Positions 1-15,018 of a stretch of 64,000 nt of DNA are shown in pieces. Below the pieces are notes generated by a model. It saw only the letters and a program-made list of their open reading frames with translations, searched no databases and was not told where the DNA came from. Origin of the DNA: Prorocentrum cordatum (Eukaryota); NCBI GenBank assembly GCA_963575745.1, contig CAUYUJ010000158.1, forward strand, positions 1 through 64,000, read 5' to 3'. Numbering within the stretch: position 1 is the first letter of the stretch; each line of letters begins with the position of its first letter. The position numbers and the translations under genes were made by a program.

Positions 1-282
<282 letters not shown>

Positions 283-610
283 TAAATAGTACGAAGAGCA
301 ATGATAACAGAAATGGCAAAAAAGTAACGAAAACTATACCAATGGTACTACACATCTGTCGAAAAGATAACATCGTGCATACTAACAATCATACTAATGC
401 AAAAAATGAACGTTATGTTCATAACCAATATGAATTAGCATAAACATACGAACACTAACAACAACAATCGAAATAATACAAAATGGCAATCCACATCTTA
501 CGCATAGCAATAAAAATACCGATAATCATACTTGTGTTACGAATTAAAATAGTACTGATATTTTAATGATAGTAGTAATAATGATACTAATAAAAAGCAA
601 TAATAACACC

Positions 611-670
<60 letters not shown>

Positions 671-1104
671 AACAACAACAATAAAAATATAAACAAAAAG
701 TCCACGAACATAAAGATATGACAAATATAGGAAGAAGACGAAGAAGAAGAAGAAGAAGACGTAGAGGAAGAGCGCACCAACGACAGCGGCGCGATGGGCG
801 CCCGAAACGCAAGGGGGGGCAGCGCCCCCCTGCGGGCTGCGCAGCGGCGGGGCGGGCGGCGCAACTGCGAGCGCGCGGCCAGCCGCACCTTCCGTCAAGG
901 GGCTTCGCAGCGCTGCCGACCTACGAAGCCCTGAAAGCTGGCGCGGCGAACCAGGCCGCAGGGCACACGGCGGGGTTCGGCGGCAGGTCGGCAGGCACCG
1001 CCCGAACGACCTCTGAGCAAGGCGCAGCGGCCCGGGAGGCAGACAGCCAGCCCGCCTGGACCCGCGAACTGCCGCGCCAGGAGATTGGCGAGACAGCCGC
1101 GTAC

Positions 1105-1154
<50 letters not shown>

Positions 1155-4100
1155 GTGCGAGAAAAACTGGGGTTGTAGCTGCACCGCGCAGACGGGCTGG
1201 GCACCAAAGCTGCACACAAGGCGGACTGGGCCCCAGGCCGAAGCCCGAGACTGACGTCCTCGTCGGACTCTGGGTCGGCGTCGAGGCGCCGGAGCAGCTG
1301 CAAAAGGGCGAAAGGCGGGCCGGCTCCCGCGTGGAGACCGGACAGGAGCGCGCCCTCATCTGCTGCCGCATCGGCGTTGGTCGCGCCAACGCAGCCAGTG
1401 CCGAGGCCTGGTCAGCGGCCGCGTCGGGTGCAGCTGCGCCTCGGCCCAAGCCAAAGCAGGGGCTCACGGCCGCAGGCTCCGCGGCGGCATGGCCAGCCTG
1501 GCGACGGGCCAGGAGCTGAGTGCGGGGCCGGGGGAGGGCGGAGAGAGGGCCCGAGAGAGTCACGCTCGGATCATGCAAATCTTCGCGTGCGTGCCGAGGC
1601 GCAGCAGGTGGAAGTCGAAGTCCACAGGCCGTCCACGAAAGCAAGCGAGGCAGTGAGAGAGCGAAACCAGGTAGCGAAACCTGAAGAATCCCGACTGAAC
1701 CAAGCGAAGGGCGCCCAAGGAACGACCATCCAGGGAAGCAGCGGAACCGATAATTACGGGCTGGCACTGGCGCCCTAAGAGGCACGAAAACCGTGCAGAC
1801 AAAGCCTTGGGGTGCCATGGACAAAAAGATCACGGAGCGATCAGCCATGACACAAACGGGGCCAGCCTCGACGCCAGCCTAGCCAAGATGACCCCTGACC
1901 TTTTCGAAACGGCCGAAGTCGGGCTTAGCATAAACTGCGGAGCGGATCTACAGTCGACAGTGGCCTCTTCGTCAACGGAAACGCGCGCAAGCCGCTCAGC
2001 AGTCGCGAAGGCTGACCGCGCCGCGAACACGGCGGGCGCACTGGAACCCTTCAGCCAACGCCGCAATACGCTGCGAAGGCGGCGCACGCGCTAGAAGCCG
2101 GGCAGGCTCAATTAGCGCAGACCCTACTCTGGGGCGGTGTAGACCCATCGGGACTGGGCGCCGTCGTCGCACACACCGCGCACGGAATGCCCCTGGGCTC
2201 CTGCTCGGCGGAAGCTTTGGCTCGCCACACTCGCTGCTGGGCGCGAACGTCTCCGGCGAGGTATGGTTGCGAAGCAAGGGAAACGGCCACTGCGTGGGCT
2301 TGGGCGCAGCTCTGCTGGTTGGAGCAATCCGGATAGCGGCGCACACTTCGAGGCCGCGGCACACATCGCCCCGCGCAGCTGGCACGCGACGAAGGTCGTC
2401 CTGGATGACCCCGAGGGAGGGTCAGGGCCACTCGAGCTGGTCTGACGCTTTGGGAACATATCTGATCTGTCCATCCGCATCTGAAGTGTTGAATGACTGC
2501 GCACAGTGGCCCACTTTGTCGGCGCTGTACTGGTCGCGGAGGCACCGGCGGCGAACTGCAAGCAGCACCTCGCGCCGAGCGAAAGCCAGGAGCTCAAGCG
2601 CGGGGCTGCGGACGCAAATGGCAATGATGTATTGATTTTGCTTCAGACATGGCCAGCTTCCCTGCGAAGCCCTCGCTTCCAGCGCGTCCCCCCTCGCCTA
2701 TGGCTGGCAGTCTGGCGCGGTGACCGCCCTGTCAGACGCTTGGGGCATCCGGCGCCCGCCTTCGGCCGCCCTTTTCCTTTTTCCCTTGTTGGTCGAGCCC
2801 CTCGTCGACTCGTGCGTCTTTTGAGGAGCGTTAGAACCAAAAGGACAATGGAAATGCCTCCCAGGGAGCAGCGCCGGTACCGGGCACTGGAATACCCGTG
2901 GCCCCTTCGGGCAGGGCGCAGGAGGCCGTAGCCTCAGACCAGGTGGGTGTCGAAGGTGTGGTTGAAATGCCTCCGGGAAGGGGGGGTGCTCTCGGAGCCC
3001 TCCAGAGGGGGGTCGCACCAGAGGCGACGTAAGGGAAAGTAAAGGGCAGGAGGGCGTCAGGGTGGAGAAGATTCTGTGCACGAGTGCGCTCGTCCTCCTC
3101 TTCCTCCTCCTCCACCACCTCATCCTCTCCTCCTCCTCCTCCTCCTCCACCTCCTCTTCCTCATCTTCCTCCTCCTCCTCCTACTTCTTCTCCTCCTCCT
3201 CCTCCTCCTCGTCCTCGTCCTTATCCTTCCACTTATCAGCATCCTGCTCATCTTCCTCTTCTTCCTCATCCTTATCAACGAATTATTGCCTTTTTCTCCC
3301 TACCCTTTTCTACTTCCACCTCCTTCCCCCCAGAGATCCGCCCGCAACCGATTTAAAACCTGCAGCTCTTCCACATCCTCATCATCATCATCATCCTCCT
3401 CCTGCTCCTCCTCCTCCTCCTCCTTCTGCTCCTCCTCCTCCTCCTCCTCCTCGCGGGTGATGTCCTGAATGCCAGCCTCGCTCTGCTGCACCTCAGGCAA
3501 GGGAGAGGCTGGACACTTCGATGGTGGCTCCGCGGACGACGACGACGACGACGACCACCACGACGACGACGACCACGACGACGACGACGTTCTTAGACGA
3601 CGACAACAACGACGGTCCTGGAAGCTTGTCTGGGAGTCCTCCTCCCTCTCCCCCATTCCACCTTACACGCCGTCCCCTCCACAGACTTCCTCTTCCACAT
3701 CTTCATCATCCTCCACCTCCTCCTCCCCGTTATCCTCCTCCTCCCACCCCTCCCTCCTTCTCCTCCTCCTCCTCCTTCTCATTATCCTTTCTTTTTCTGC
3801 TCGTTCTCCTCGCCCTCATTACCTAACCCAATCCCTTTTTCCTCCTGGAGCAGGGATGAGAGAGGGAGTGATATGTAGAGCAGAGGATGGAAAAGGGAGG
3901 CTGGAATGTCCCTGGAGCTGGAGTGAGCCTGGGCAAAACACTACGATGCCACGATGCCAACCGCGCAGAGTCGGCGTCAGCTCTTCCAAGGTCCCTTCTT
4001 CCCCTTCCAGTCCAAATGTATAACAAGGACGCACGACACCGATGCAAGGGCCTTGGAAGGCCATGTCGACACTTTGCGAGCGGGCCGCGGCCAGCGAAAG

Positions 4101-5097
4101 TGACCAAAAGTGGGCCGAAGGAGAAGGATGCAAGGGTAACCTTGGAAAGCCGCTCATCCTTACTATGCGGTCGGACTCAGCGGCGAGCAGGGAGGGAAGC
4201 GAGAAGGAGAAGGCCTTCTCAGAAGGTCTCAGAAGCCCTCGCGTCTTCTGACCGCCAGAAGACTTATAAAACTTCTCAGAAGGCCGGGGAACTTCCGAGC
4301 CTTCTGAGAAGGTCTTCTCCTTCTCATTTCCCCCCCTCGCTCACCGCCGAGTACATCAGGGGTGGGGGAGCCTCTTGGGATCCTGTAGACATTTTCTCGG
4401 TGTGATCCCTTTCTTTACTGGGGGGGGGGGAAGCGCGACAGCTCGAGGAAGCACCTGCGTGCAGTTCTAGACCAACCAAGCCAACCTCTGGCCCGCAGAG
4501 GCGTCAAAAGTACGCAGCATCGCCCGATACACTACGCCCTCAAGAGGTCGGCTGCGAACCATGGGCCCGAGCTCGAAAAAGGCCAAGTTGGCAACGCGGG
4601 ACCTAATCTGGCTGCCAAGACACCAAGCAGCTCTGACGATACCAGACAGTTGCATATCTCTGACAGAGCTCGCCGCCAACTCGGCACGAAGCCTCGCACG
4701 TGCACGGAGCGCTCTGAGATCCCGATACGACACGACACGGAACAGCGTCCCACATGTCGTGGCTCCCCGGCTGACGCCGAGCGAAGCCCAGCAAGCCCAA
4801 CACGCCACCGAGGCGGCGAAACGGCGGCGACAGGCGGGTACCGGCCGGGAACCCCGGGCAAGCCCGAGCAGTGCGCGAGGCGGCGACGAGGCGGCGCACC
4901 AGGCCCAGGCGAGAACCCCAGCAGACCCAGCCAGCGCACGACGCGGCGACGAGGCGGCGGCGTGCGGGCACCGGCCAAAACCCTGGCGAATCCGACCAAG
5001 CACCTAGGGAGAGAACTGAGACCCCCTTGGCGCAAGCACTGATTCGGGACAAAAAGCCAGAACAACTCGATCCTCTATCCTCCACGAAGAACGGAGG

Positions 5098-5835
5098 GGG
5101 GGAGGAGGAGGAGGAGGAGGAGGAGGAGGAGGAGGAGGAGGAGGAGGAGGAGGAGGAGGAGTAGGAGGAGGAGGAGGAGGAGGAGGAGGAGGAGGAGGGA
5201 GGAGGAGGAGGAGGAGGAGGAGGAGGAGAAGGAGGAGGAGGAGGAGGAGGAGGAGGAGGAGGGGAGGGGAGGAGGAGGAGGAGGAGGAGGAGGAGGAGGA
5301 GGGGGAGGAGGAGGAGGAGGGGAGGAGAAGGAGAAGAGGAGAAGGAGAAGGAGGACGAGGACGAGGAGGAGGAGGAGGGGGAGGAGGAGAGGACACAGAG
5401 GAGCAAGAGAGAGAGGGAGGAGAAGGAGGACGAGGGACGAGAGGAGGAGGAGGAGGGGGAGGAGGAGAGGACACAGAGGAGCAAGAGAGAGAGGGAGGAG
5501 AAGGAGGAGAGGACAAAGAGGAGGAGGCGGAGGAGGAGGCAAAAGAGCAGGAGGATGAGGAGGAGGAGGAGGAGGGGCAGGCACCCGCAGCTCTGGGCTG
5601 GTGAACTTGAGATCCACGTAGCTGCCCGGGGCATCGACGGAGACGGGATCCAAGAACTTCGCGAGCCCGACGGCCTCGAGCATCTCCCTGCGGATGACTG
5701 TCGCTCGGGGCGTTCTGGCTGTTTGGTGGCTTCCTCCTCTCTCCTGTCCATCCTCCATGTTCCTCCTGCTGCTTCTCCCCATCTCTTCCATCCTCCTCCT
5801 CCTTCTCTTCCTCCTCCTCCTCCTCCTCCTCCTCC

Positions 5836-5902
<67 letters not shown>

Positions 5903-5955
5903 CATCAGCAGCATCATCATCATCATCATCATCCTCGTCCTCCTCCTCCATCATC

Positions 5956-5989
<34 letters not shown>

Positions 5990-6003
5990 TCACCACCACC
6001 ACC

Positions 6004-6062
<59 letters not shown>

Positions 6063-6190
6063 AACAATCATCATAATCATCATCATCAGCAGCAGCAGCA
6101 TAATCATCAACATCATTATCGTCAGCATCAGCAGCATCATCATCAGCAGCAGCATAATCACCATCATCATCATCGACAACATCACCATCG

Positions 6191-6224
<34 letters not shown>

Positions 6225-6400
6225 ACTCATCGTCATCCTCATCCTCGTCCTCCTGAACGTCATCAACAACAACAGCAGCAACATCACCATCAGAATCAGC
6301 AATATCATCAGCAGCATCACCATCACCATCATCATCATAACAATCATCGTCATCATCACCAACATCATCGTCATCATCAGAATCACCACACCTCATCATT
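5098..6400. repeat. Compound (GGA)n / (CCT)n / (CAT)n microsatellites
   Basis: Direct. Confidence 0.95.
5585..5687 (-). CDS. Probable exon of an unidentified gene (EMLEAVGLAKFLDPVSVDAPGSYVDLKFTSPELR)
   Basis: Non-repetitive GC3-rich island between microsatellites, CAG|G acceptor and CGG|GT donor; joins in phase 0 to TAG|GTG at 5003 (VLGRIRQGFG...) across a GGA-filled intron. Confidence 0.45.
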
Positions 6401-7184
6401 CATCGTCGCACATGTGTTCGAACCGTTTACTTCTCGATGCGAACAACGCATGTGATAGGATGATGTTGATAGCCCGGGGTCACAGTCGGAGGGGCGTACA
6501 TTACTGGCTGCGCTCGACGGCGTAGGATGTCACACTGATGTAAGACATGAGGTAAAATGTGGTTTTGCTAATTTGATATAACTGAGTTGGTGAGGTATTG
6601 TCGCAAGCTCAGCTGGGTGGAGCCCTCTGCTGACAGCCACTCAGGGGAGGGAGCAAAAGAGAGCAAGGGCAGAACGGAAGCGGGCACGTTGGCAATCCCA
6701 ACGTGTTATTCTGCCCGAGCAGTGGGCTGCTGAAACGTGAAAACCAACGCTGCAATTTGATACAACTCGTGGTCGGCAGCTCGTTGCTGGAGATCGGCAG
6801 ATAAAAAGAAGCAAGAATGCAAGACCACTGGCACAAACGTGGGTGACTGAGGGTCGTCGTCCTGGTGCAGCCGCACGCAGGGGTCAAGCAGCCACGCAGC
6901 AAGCCTATCACGTAGCTATTGCTTTTCCTTCGTAAATCCGTCGCCGGCGTGCGCATGTGGGCAAACAGCGACGGCGCCGGAGACTCAGGGCGCCCCGGAT
7001 GGCCTTGACCATCAGCAGGATGCGCTTCTCCTCCATGGAGGCACTTCTCTGCAGCACGGCGCCGCACAGGCTCTGGCATTCGGTCGCGTGGAAGTGATGG
7101 GCCTGTTTTCCACAACCACCACCATAAGTTGGAGGACGGAAGGAGGTGGACGACGAGGACGAGGAGGACGAGGAAGACGAGGAA

Positions 7185-7216
<32 letters not shown>

Positions 7217-9679
7217 GGAGGAGGAGGAGGAGGAGGACCCCCTCCGACTTCCGGTGGTGGTGGTGGAAAACGGGCCCAGCAGGAAGTGTTCAAGGACAGG
7301 CGTGTCGTCGACGGACTGCCGAGAGCGACGGCGAGAGCCACCGCACCCGAAAGACGATCCTTGCTTCCCGCTCCCTTGCCGCGGCACGCGCTGCGAGCAC
7401 GCCCTTCGACCCCGCACCCTAGCAGGCCGGAAGCTTTGACGCGCGGACAGAAGGCGAAACGGCGCGGCCGCCGGCGCCCAAGCAAGGTGCCGGCTTAGCC
7501 GGGCACATTAGGCAGCTGCGCGATGCGGCGCGCAGCCAAGGAGGCGAATTTTGTCACCCTAAAAGGCCGGAAGGACACGCGGTTCCGTAGAACGCAAGAC
7601 AAGTTAGCGGGGCTGTCCGTCTGCGCGCACGGGCTCGCCGAGGCGTAAGCCACGAGACAAACCCGAGAGTCGACCGCGCCCCGCGCGCCCAGGAAAGCGG
7701 GGAGCGCGGCACCCGCGCGAGGCCTCGAGGGCACGCAGCATCCCGGCCTGGCTCCTTCCCGACTCCATGATGTTGCGACGAGCCACGCAGCCCGAAGACC
7801 CTGGTCACGCCAGTCTCGTTGAAGAGCTCAGCGACCGCCCCGCCCAGCAAGCACATCCATTGGGGGGCGGCCGGCCACCGCGGCAGCATTGCCACGGTGG
7901 CGGCCAGTCTCCGTGCTGCGCACACCCTGTTGGCAGAACTGGCCGTGTCTCCTGGCGGCGCGCAGAGGGGGGTAGAGGGAGGGGGGAAGGCTTCTTTGAA
8001 GGAAACCGCGGGCCCCACATCTACAGACAAGGCCAGCGCCGTCTAAGAAGCGGGGGTGTTTCTAAGAAGCCCTTCCCCCCTCGCCCCTACCCCCCTTCTG
8101 CGCGTGGCTGAGTCTCAGCCTGTCTTCGGCGGCCTCGTCAGCGCCTCGTCCACGGCCTTGCCGCGGCTGCCCGTCTTCCTGCCGCTCTGCTCTGGCGCGG
8201 CAGCGGCGGGTTGCTCCGCGGCCAGACTTCAGCGGTTTTAAGCTTGCCGCGGTGCTCGGCCATCGCCGTCACGTACCCCTCCTCGAAAAGCTGCTTCTCA
8301 TCGGGGATCAGCGCGGCCCAACGCTGACCAGCGAGCTTCGAGATCGCGGTGATTGGCTCGGCCTCGCACTACTTTTCCACTTCGCCTCGGCATTCCGCCT
8401 TCGCCAAGAACCCGCCGTAGGCGCCGCCAGCTGGCCTTTTCCGGCGCAGCAGCGTTCTTTTTTGTCGCCTTCCGGCCATTATTGTCGCCCTTGTTGGTTC
8501 CATTGTCCTTCCTGTCTTTATGGCCCTTCTTCTCCAGGCTGCTCTTCTGGCCACCTGCGGTAAAGAAGGCCTCCGTGCTTTTGGCGTACCGGCCTCTGGC
8601 CTGATCGGATTTGCGTTGCCCCTGCCTTTTGCCCTCCTCCAGCAGCACCTTGAATCGCTCACTGGCGAGCCTCGTAAGCGCGCTGTGGCTCCCCCCCAGC
8701 TGCCTCATGAGTTCGGCGCGCTTCTTGGCCAGGGAGCGGCCGACCCCACCTGCTCCACGCTGGCCTCGGGCCCGCGGGAGACAACGGCGGGGCTCGGGAA
8801 CAGAGGTGTGAGGTCCACTCAAAGCACCGTCATATCTACCGCACCTCCAAGCGAGGTCGCATCGGCCAGGGAAAGAAGAAGATGTCCAACCCCGCCACGC
8901 AGGGCACTTAGGGGAGCCTACCCGCGGCAGACTGGCTTCTTAATAAAATCGACAAGCTGGCCCTCCTGAGGCCCCACCGCCCAGGCGCCTTCACGGCCAT
9001 GTTCGGCAGGTCGCGGGGACGCACTCCCTGGCCACCTGGCTGGTTGGATGTGCTGGGGCTCCGTCGCGGAGACCTGCTCCTGTCACTGCTCGACGGGCTG
9101 CACCGACGTCACCGCTGTCCCTCAGATAGTCGCGGGTGATCGCACTTGCACTAACATAACCTCAGCCCGAACGTCTTGAGCCAAACTGGCCGAGGAAGGA
9201 CAGCGATTCTACCTTCAGGATTCTTCGACCCTTGAGGCACCCAATTACGACGCTGCCATCGCAGAGATGGATCGGGCTGTCTTCCCTGCGAGGAAACTCT
9301 GCTGCGGCGGGTGGTGGCGACCACGGCGCTCCAACGGAGGAGGCATGGGGACGAAGGAAGGCAGGCGAGGAAGGATCAGGGGCGGGAGGAACAGTGCAAG
9401 GCGAGAGGCAGGAGCAGTAGCAGCTCAGGCGGAGGCACAGGATCGGGAGCGGAGGGAGAACGAGGAGGAAGCGCTGTTTCTCTGCTCTGCGCCACCAGAG
9501 CTCAGCACACGGCGCGGCTGGCACCACAACGTGTATCTCCAGACCTCCGATGCCGCGATCTATTCAACACGTGGGCCTCGGAGATCCCGCCACCAAGGCT
9601 CGAACCTAGAAGTCGTTCGACGCGCTATAGATCCAGGAGGATAGCTGATATGTAACTGTATACCCATAGATATACGTAC

Positions 9680-10190
9680 AAACACACATGCATACATGCA
9701 TACATGCATACATGAAAGCGTGCACGCATACGTACATAAATACATTAGATTAATAAGAACGCACACCTGTTGTCATATACATACGAGCACACAGAACTGC
9801 ATGCACACAGACATACATAGCTCCAGAATTGAAAGTATATAAATACATATACATACATGCATGCATACATGCATACATGCGTATAGTCGTAAACGCATGC
9901 GTACATGCATGTATGCATCCATACCTGCATGTGTATGTATACGTGCACGCATACCTACATACATAGGCAAAGTCACAGGTATATACATGCATGCATGCAT
10001 GCATATATATATATATATGTATATATATATGCATGCCTGCATGAATGCATGTATATCTATGCATGCATCCATGTACATGCAAGCATTCATACAAACATAC
10101 GTGCATACATACATACGTACATGTATGCATAAATCCTCGCATGTATACATACATACATGCATGCATACATGCATGCATACGTATATGTGT
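9680..10190. repeat. (CATA/CATG)n low-complexity tract; similar tracts at about 56500-57035 (CACATT/CGCATT) and 59480-59990 (TATG/TCTG)
   Basis: Direct. Confidence 0.9.
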
Positions 10191-10999
10191 ATAAAGAGAA
10201 AAGGTTGTAGCCTATGCATATGGATAGAGAGACACACAAACAACACATGAGAAACTGCTTGATCTCATCGCGCCCCTGCGACTGGCCTCCCGTCGCGGGT
10301 CGTTCTTGGATGGACCCGGAACCCAAGGGCGGTCCGCCGAAGTTGAGACTGAACATACCACAAAGCGCACTCCGCGGTAGAGAACGCCTGGGTCGGCGAG
10401 TCCACCACTCCGATTACCATGACAGAAGCGGGTCTGGAGGAAAAGAGTCCTGTATTCACCGCTTTCCGGCCCTGGGGACCCTCCACGGGCCCCCGGACAG
10501 TGAAGAAACGACTCGTGACGGAGAGCTCGTCCTGGAGAATGTCCTGGGATCTAGGGCCCGTGCCACTCAGGAGCCCTCACCTCCATGGCGGTCAAACTCA
10601 ATCCGCAGACCTCTCCCAAACTCTATCCTGGGCCAGTTTTCCGAACCGCGTCCACCCGAGGCCACGAGGGACCCCGAGGACCAAGGAGACCCGCAGGTAG
10701 GTACGAAAGGAAAACCAAACGTCGAATAACAAGAAGACGGCGCCAAAGGTCTGGGTCTACAGCCGAGCCCGCAGCCACATCGGACCATCCGCGTGCTGCT
10801 GGTCGTGCATTCCGCGTGCGGGCCCTCGCGCGCCAGGGGCCTGCCCAGGAAGGGGCCAGCGCTGGCGCGCGCTTTTGCGCAACAGCACCGGCCCAAGAGC
10901 GGGGTGCCTGCGTCGCCTCTCCTCCTCAATTTCCTCCACCCTCCTGCAGCGACCCTAGGAACGAGCACCAGGCCAAGAAAGGCGTGCCTGCATCCCCAC

Positions 11000-11117
11000 C
11001 TCCTCCTCATCCTCTCCTCCTCCTCCTCCTCCTCCTCCTCCTCCTCCTCCTCCTCCTCCTCATCCTCCTCCTCCTCCTCTTCTTCCTCCTTCTCCATCTC
11101 CTCCTCCTCCTCCTCAT

Positions 11118-11148
<31 letters not shown>

Positions 11149-11320
11149 ATCATCATATCATCATCATCATCGTCATCATCATCATCATCACCACCACCAC
11201 CATCATCATCATCAGCAGCATCATCATCATGATCAGCATCACCATCATCACCACCACTACCATCATCATCATCATCATCACCATCATCATCAGCTTCATC
11301 ATCACCATCGCCATCATCAG

Positions 11321-11398
<78 letters not shown>

Positions 11399-11548
11399 TC
11401 TCATCAGCATCATCATCACCACCATCATCATCATCATCATCATCATCAGCAGCATGAGCATCCTCATCAGCAGCATCATCATCCTCGTCCGCATCCAAAT
11501 CCTCATCCTCATCCTCATCCCCATCCTCATCCCCATCCTCATCCTCCT
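11000..11548. repeat. (CCT)n-(CAT)n microsatellite
   Basis: Direct. Confidence 0.95.
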
Positions 11549-14500
11549 TTTGGGGGGCAAGCGCTGGTTTACTTGAGCCGTCGCGTCTTGGTGGCAACGA
11601 TCTGAGAAAAAAAACAGGTCGGAACGCAACGCTCAATAAAATAAAGGTAAAGCCATGGTACTGCAGCAGCGCGCGTCGGCGAGAACCAAAATACGCAAGC
11701 CAGTTGGGATCAGCAGAGACAGTCAAGAGCATGCTGCAGCGAGTGGTGTGGCAAGAAAGACCCTCCCCCCTCATCTCCCGACCCTCCCAAAGAGCAGGCG
11801 TGGCCTTTACCGAGGGCCTACAGCGCACACGGCTGAAGTTGTTGTGCCCTGAGCTAGATTCGGGCCGATGTACCGATACCGATGCGGCACCTGTGCCGCT
11901 GGGTGCCCTCGTGGCGTCCCAGGAAAACAGGCGGGTTGGCAGCCCGATCGTCACCACAGCTCGGCGGGGCTGTGGGAGAGACTCTTGCCCTGTGGTTGGC
12001 CAGCCACAGTAGGTGCGGGCCCGCCGTACCACCCCTGAGAGGCCCGATGGGGTTACTCGAAGGGGTCCCCCGACGTGGGGGGCGCGGGAACTAAAGTCCT
12101 TGGGCAGTGGGGCCTCGGCTGCTTGAGGCCGGCGGCCAAGTGGGGGTGGTGCCGGTGGCCGTGTCTCGGGGTGGCATCTCGAGGCACCTCGCAACGGCGG
12201 CGCGGATAACGCCTGGGGCGGGTCCGTGCCGCCGTTCGTGTTGCGAGGTCCGACTGCATGTGAATTCATGCAGGCACCTTGGGCACCTCCCTTCGGGTTG
12301 TGTCGCCCAGGTGTTCTGTCCGGGCACAAAAAAAAACAATGTACCGATGCCCGTCGAGCTAGATTGCCATCGCAACGGCCTGAAACGGCGAGGAGGCCGA
12401 AGGTTTTGGCGGTCAACACGCTCGCAGCGGTCGACTCGCACGGTATGTTACTGCCCTCCTCCACCAACATCCTACCCCCCCCACGCCCCATACATCTTCG
12501 ATGAAAGGGCCGATGTAAAAAAATGACCTCGAAAACCGTGCGCCGAAGGACGGTAACGAAAGTGCTGATGCGGAGGGCGGATCCACGCACACCGCATCGT
12601 ATCCGAACCATTACGCCTAAAGGTCGGCGCAGGGCCAAGGAGTTCCTGATCCATCCGCCTCCAAGCTCCACCTCCAAACCTAGTCTTCCAGTGCAGTCTA
12701 CATGAGCTCAAATCTTCACCTAGACTGGGCGGCAGTGCGATACGGAGTCAAAAGCATGCGAACGACGCGGGGAAGGGTGCGAAGACAGGAAGGAAGGAGA
12801 CCGGCACGACAAAACCTACGTTCGTTTTTCTGGCCGCCGGAAGTCGATACAAGCAGCGGCGCTGGCGGCGCGAGCCTGTCCAGCGAAAGCCCGCCGCCCA
12901 ACCCGCCCAAACATGATCAAACTCTCTTCATCATACTCACCTGAACCAACCCCGCTCCTCCTGGAGCCGCCCTACACTTCGGAAGTAGGCGCCTTGAATT
13001 GCAAGCTCAATCTCTGAGCGAGACTGTCGGCCTATAAACTCCTAAAGTTCGATTTTTCCCATTTCAACGCAAATGACCTCGACAGCAGAACCAAACCAGA
13101 CGATGCCCGTCCAACATCAGATCAGACAGATCCGCTTCCCCTCGTGAGGGCTATAATCGCACCCATTGGATACAGGCTAAAATTCGATAGCGACCGTGAC
13201 TTAAAGCGACCGGCCAGGTAGACGTCACCACTACCATGGAGGAGGAGGAGGAGGAGGAGGAGGAAGGAAGGGGGAAGGAAGAAGGGGAACTGCACAAACG
13301 GAGCCAACATGCGGAGCAGGTATGTTAACGTGTTATATTTGCCCCGCCCTCTGGGAGCAAGCCTAGGGACGATACGACAAATCCCCAAGGTCGTATCGGT
13401 GAAACCGGGGGCGGGGAGGAAAGGAAAGGGAAGAGGAGGACGACGAAGAGGAGGAGGGGGGAGGGAAACACTGAAAAACCGGAAGGCTGCGGCAACACGA
13501 GCAGCCCTGAGGCAAAACCCGCCCTAGGTTTTACTCGTGCAGAAGGCGCCATGTATGCGCTCAAAATTCAATATCGTGTGCCAGGAGCGGGAGGAGCAGG
13601 GGGGAGGAAGAGGAGGAAGCAGAGGAGGAGAGGGGAAGAAGAACACTAACACAAACTCCTAAACTTAGATTGTTGTCCTCCGCCTCCTCCTCCTCCTCTT
13701 CCTCCTCCCCCTCCTCCTCCTCCTCCTCCTCCACTTCATGCTGCTGCTGCTGTTCATTATCCTCCTCCTCCTCCTTCTCCTCCTCCTCCTTCTCCTGCTC
13801 CTCATGCTGCAACTCGTCCTGTTCCTCCTGCTCCTGCTCCTCCTCGTCCTCCTCCTCATCATCCTCCTCCTGCTCCTCCTCATCATCATCATCCTCCTAC
13901 TCTTCATGCTGCTGCTGCCGCTGCTGCTGCTGCCGCTGCTGCTAGTTCTCCTTCTCCTTATCTCCTCCTCCTCCTCCTCCTCCTCCTCCTCCTCCTCCTC
14001 CTCCTCCTCCTCCTCCGCCTCCTCAACCTCCTCCACCTCATCTTCAGACCCCTCTCGCGTCGTGAAGAAACCACGATGGGAGGTTTCGGGCAATCTGTCG
14101 TTGCTTCCGCCGTTCAGAATGACGCTCTCGCCCCTGCGCGGGCCACAGTTCTGGATCCGACTCTGTCCTCGACGTGGCGGCTTCCTTCCTGTGGATACGG
14201 CTCGATGTCGAGCCTGATTTCCTCCACGCTGGCGGCGGCGATGCATCGCCAATGAATCGGCAATGCGGCCGATCCTGCGACCCATCTACTCGGATACCCT
14301 CCTGGAATCTGGCTTGCTGATCCTCCCGCTCCTTCCACTCCAGTTCCTGCTGCTGCTGCTGTTGCTGCTTGTCCTCGTTATCCTCGTTCCTTATCGGCCT
14401 CATGTTCCTCCTGCTCATCCTCGTGCCCATCCGCCACCACCCCCTCCAATCTACGCCGCTCCCCGCTTCCGACTGCGCATAACACGATGGGACCCTTTCT

Positions 14501-14986
14501 GGAATTCCAGGTCCGCTATCACGCGCGCCCGCGGATATAAAGAGAGAGAGAGAGAGACCATCGGCGCAATGGGAATGGATGGGTGCGAGGGGCAAGATGT
14601 CAGATGTGGCGCGAGCGTACCTGGCTGGCTTGCCTCTCCCAATCCCCCTCCCCCTCGCCCCTCCTCTTCTTCCTCCTCCTCCTCCTCCTCCTCCTCCTCC
14701 TCCTCCTCCTCCTCCTCCTCCTCCTCCTTCGCCTCCGCCTCCGCCTCCGCCTCCGCCTCCGCCTCCTCCGCCTCCTCCTCCTCCCTCCTCCCTCCCTCCC
14801 TCCCTCTGCCACCGCCCGCACGCACGCCGCCCCCCCGCGGACGCCGCGCTCGCCGGGGCGTGAGGCGGCCCGGGCGCTCGCGCGAAGGGGCCCCGCGTGC
14901 GGCGTCTAAGAGGGGGGGGCAGGACACGAAGAGGGGGAGGCGAGAGCGTGGGGCAACGACTGCGGGGGGGGGGGGAGGCTGGGACA

Positions 14987-15018
<32 letters not shown>

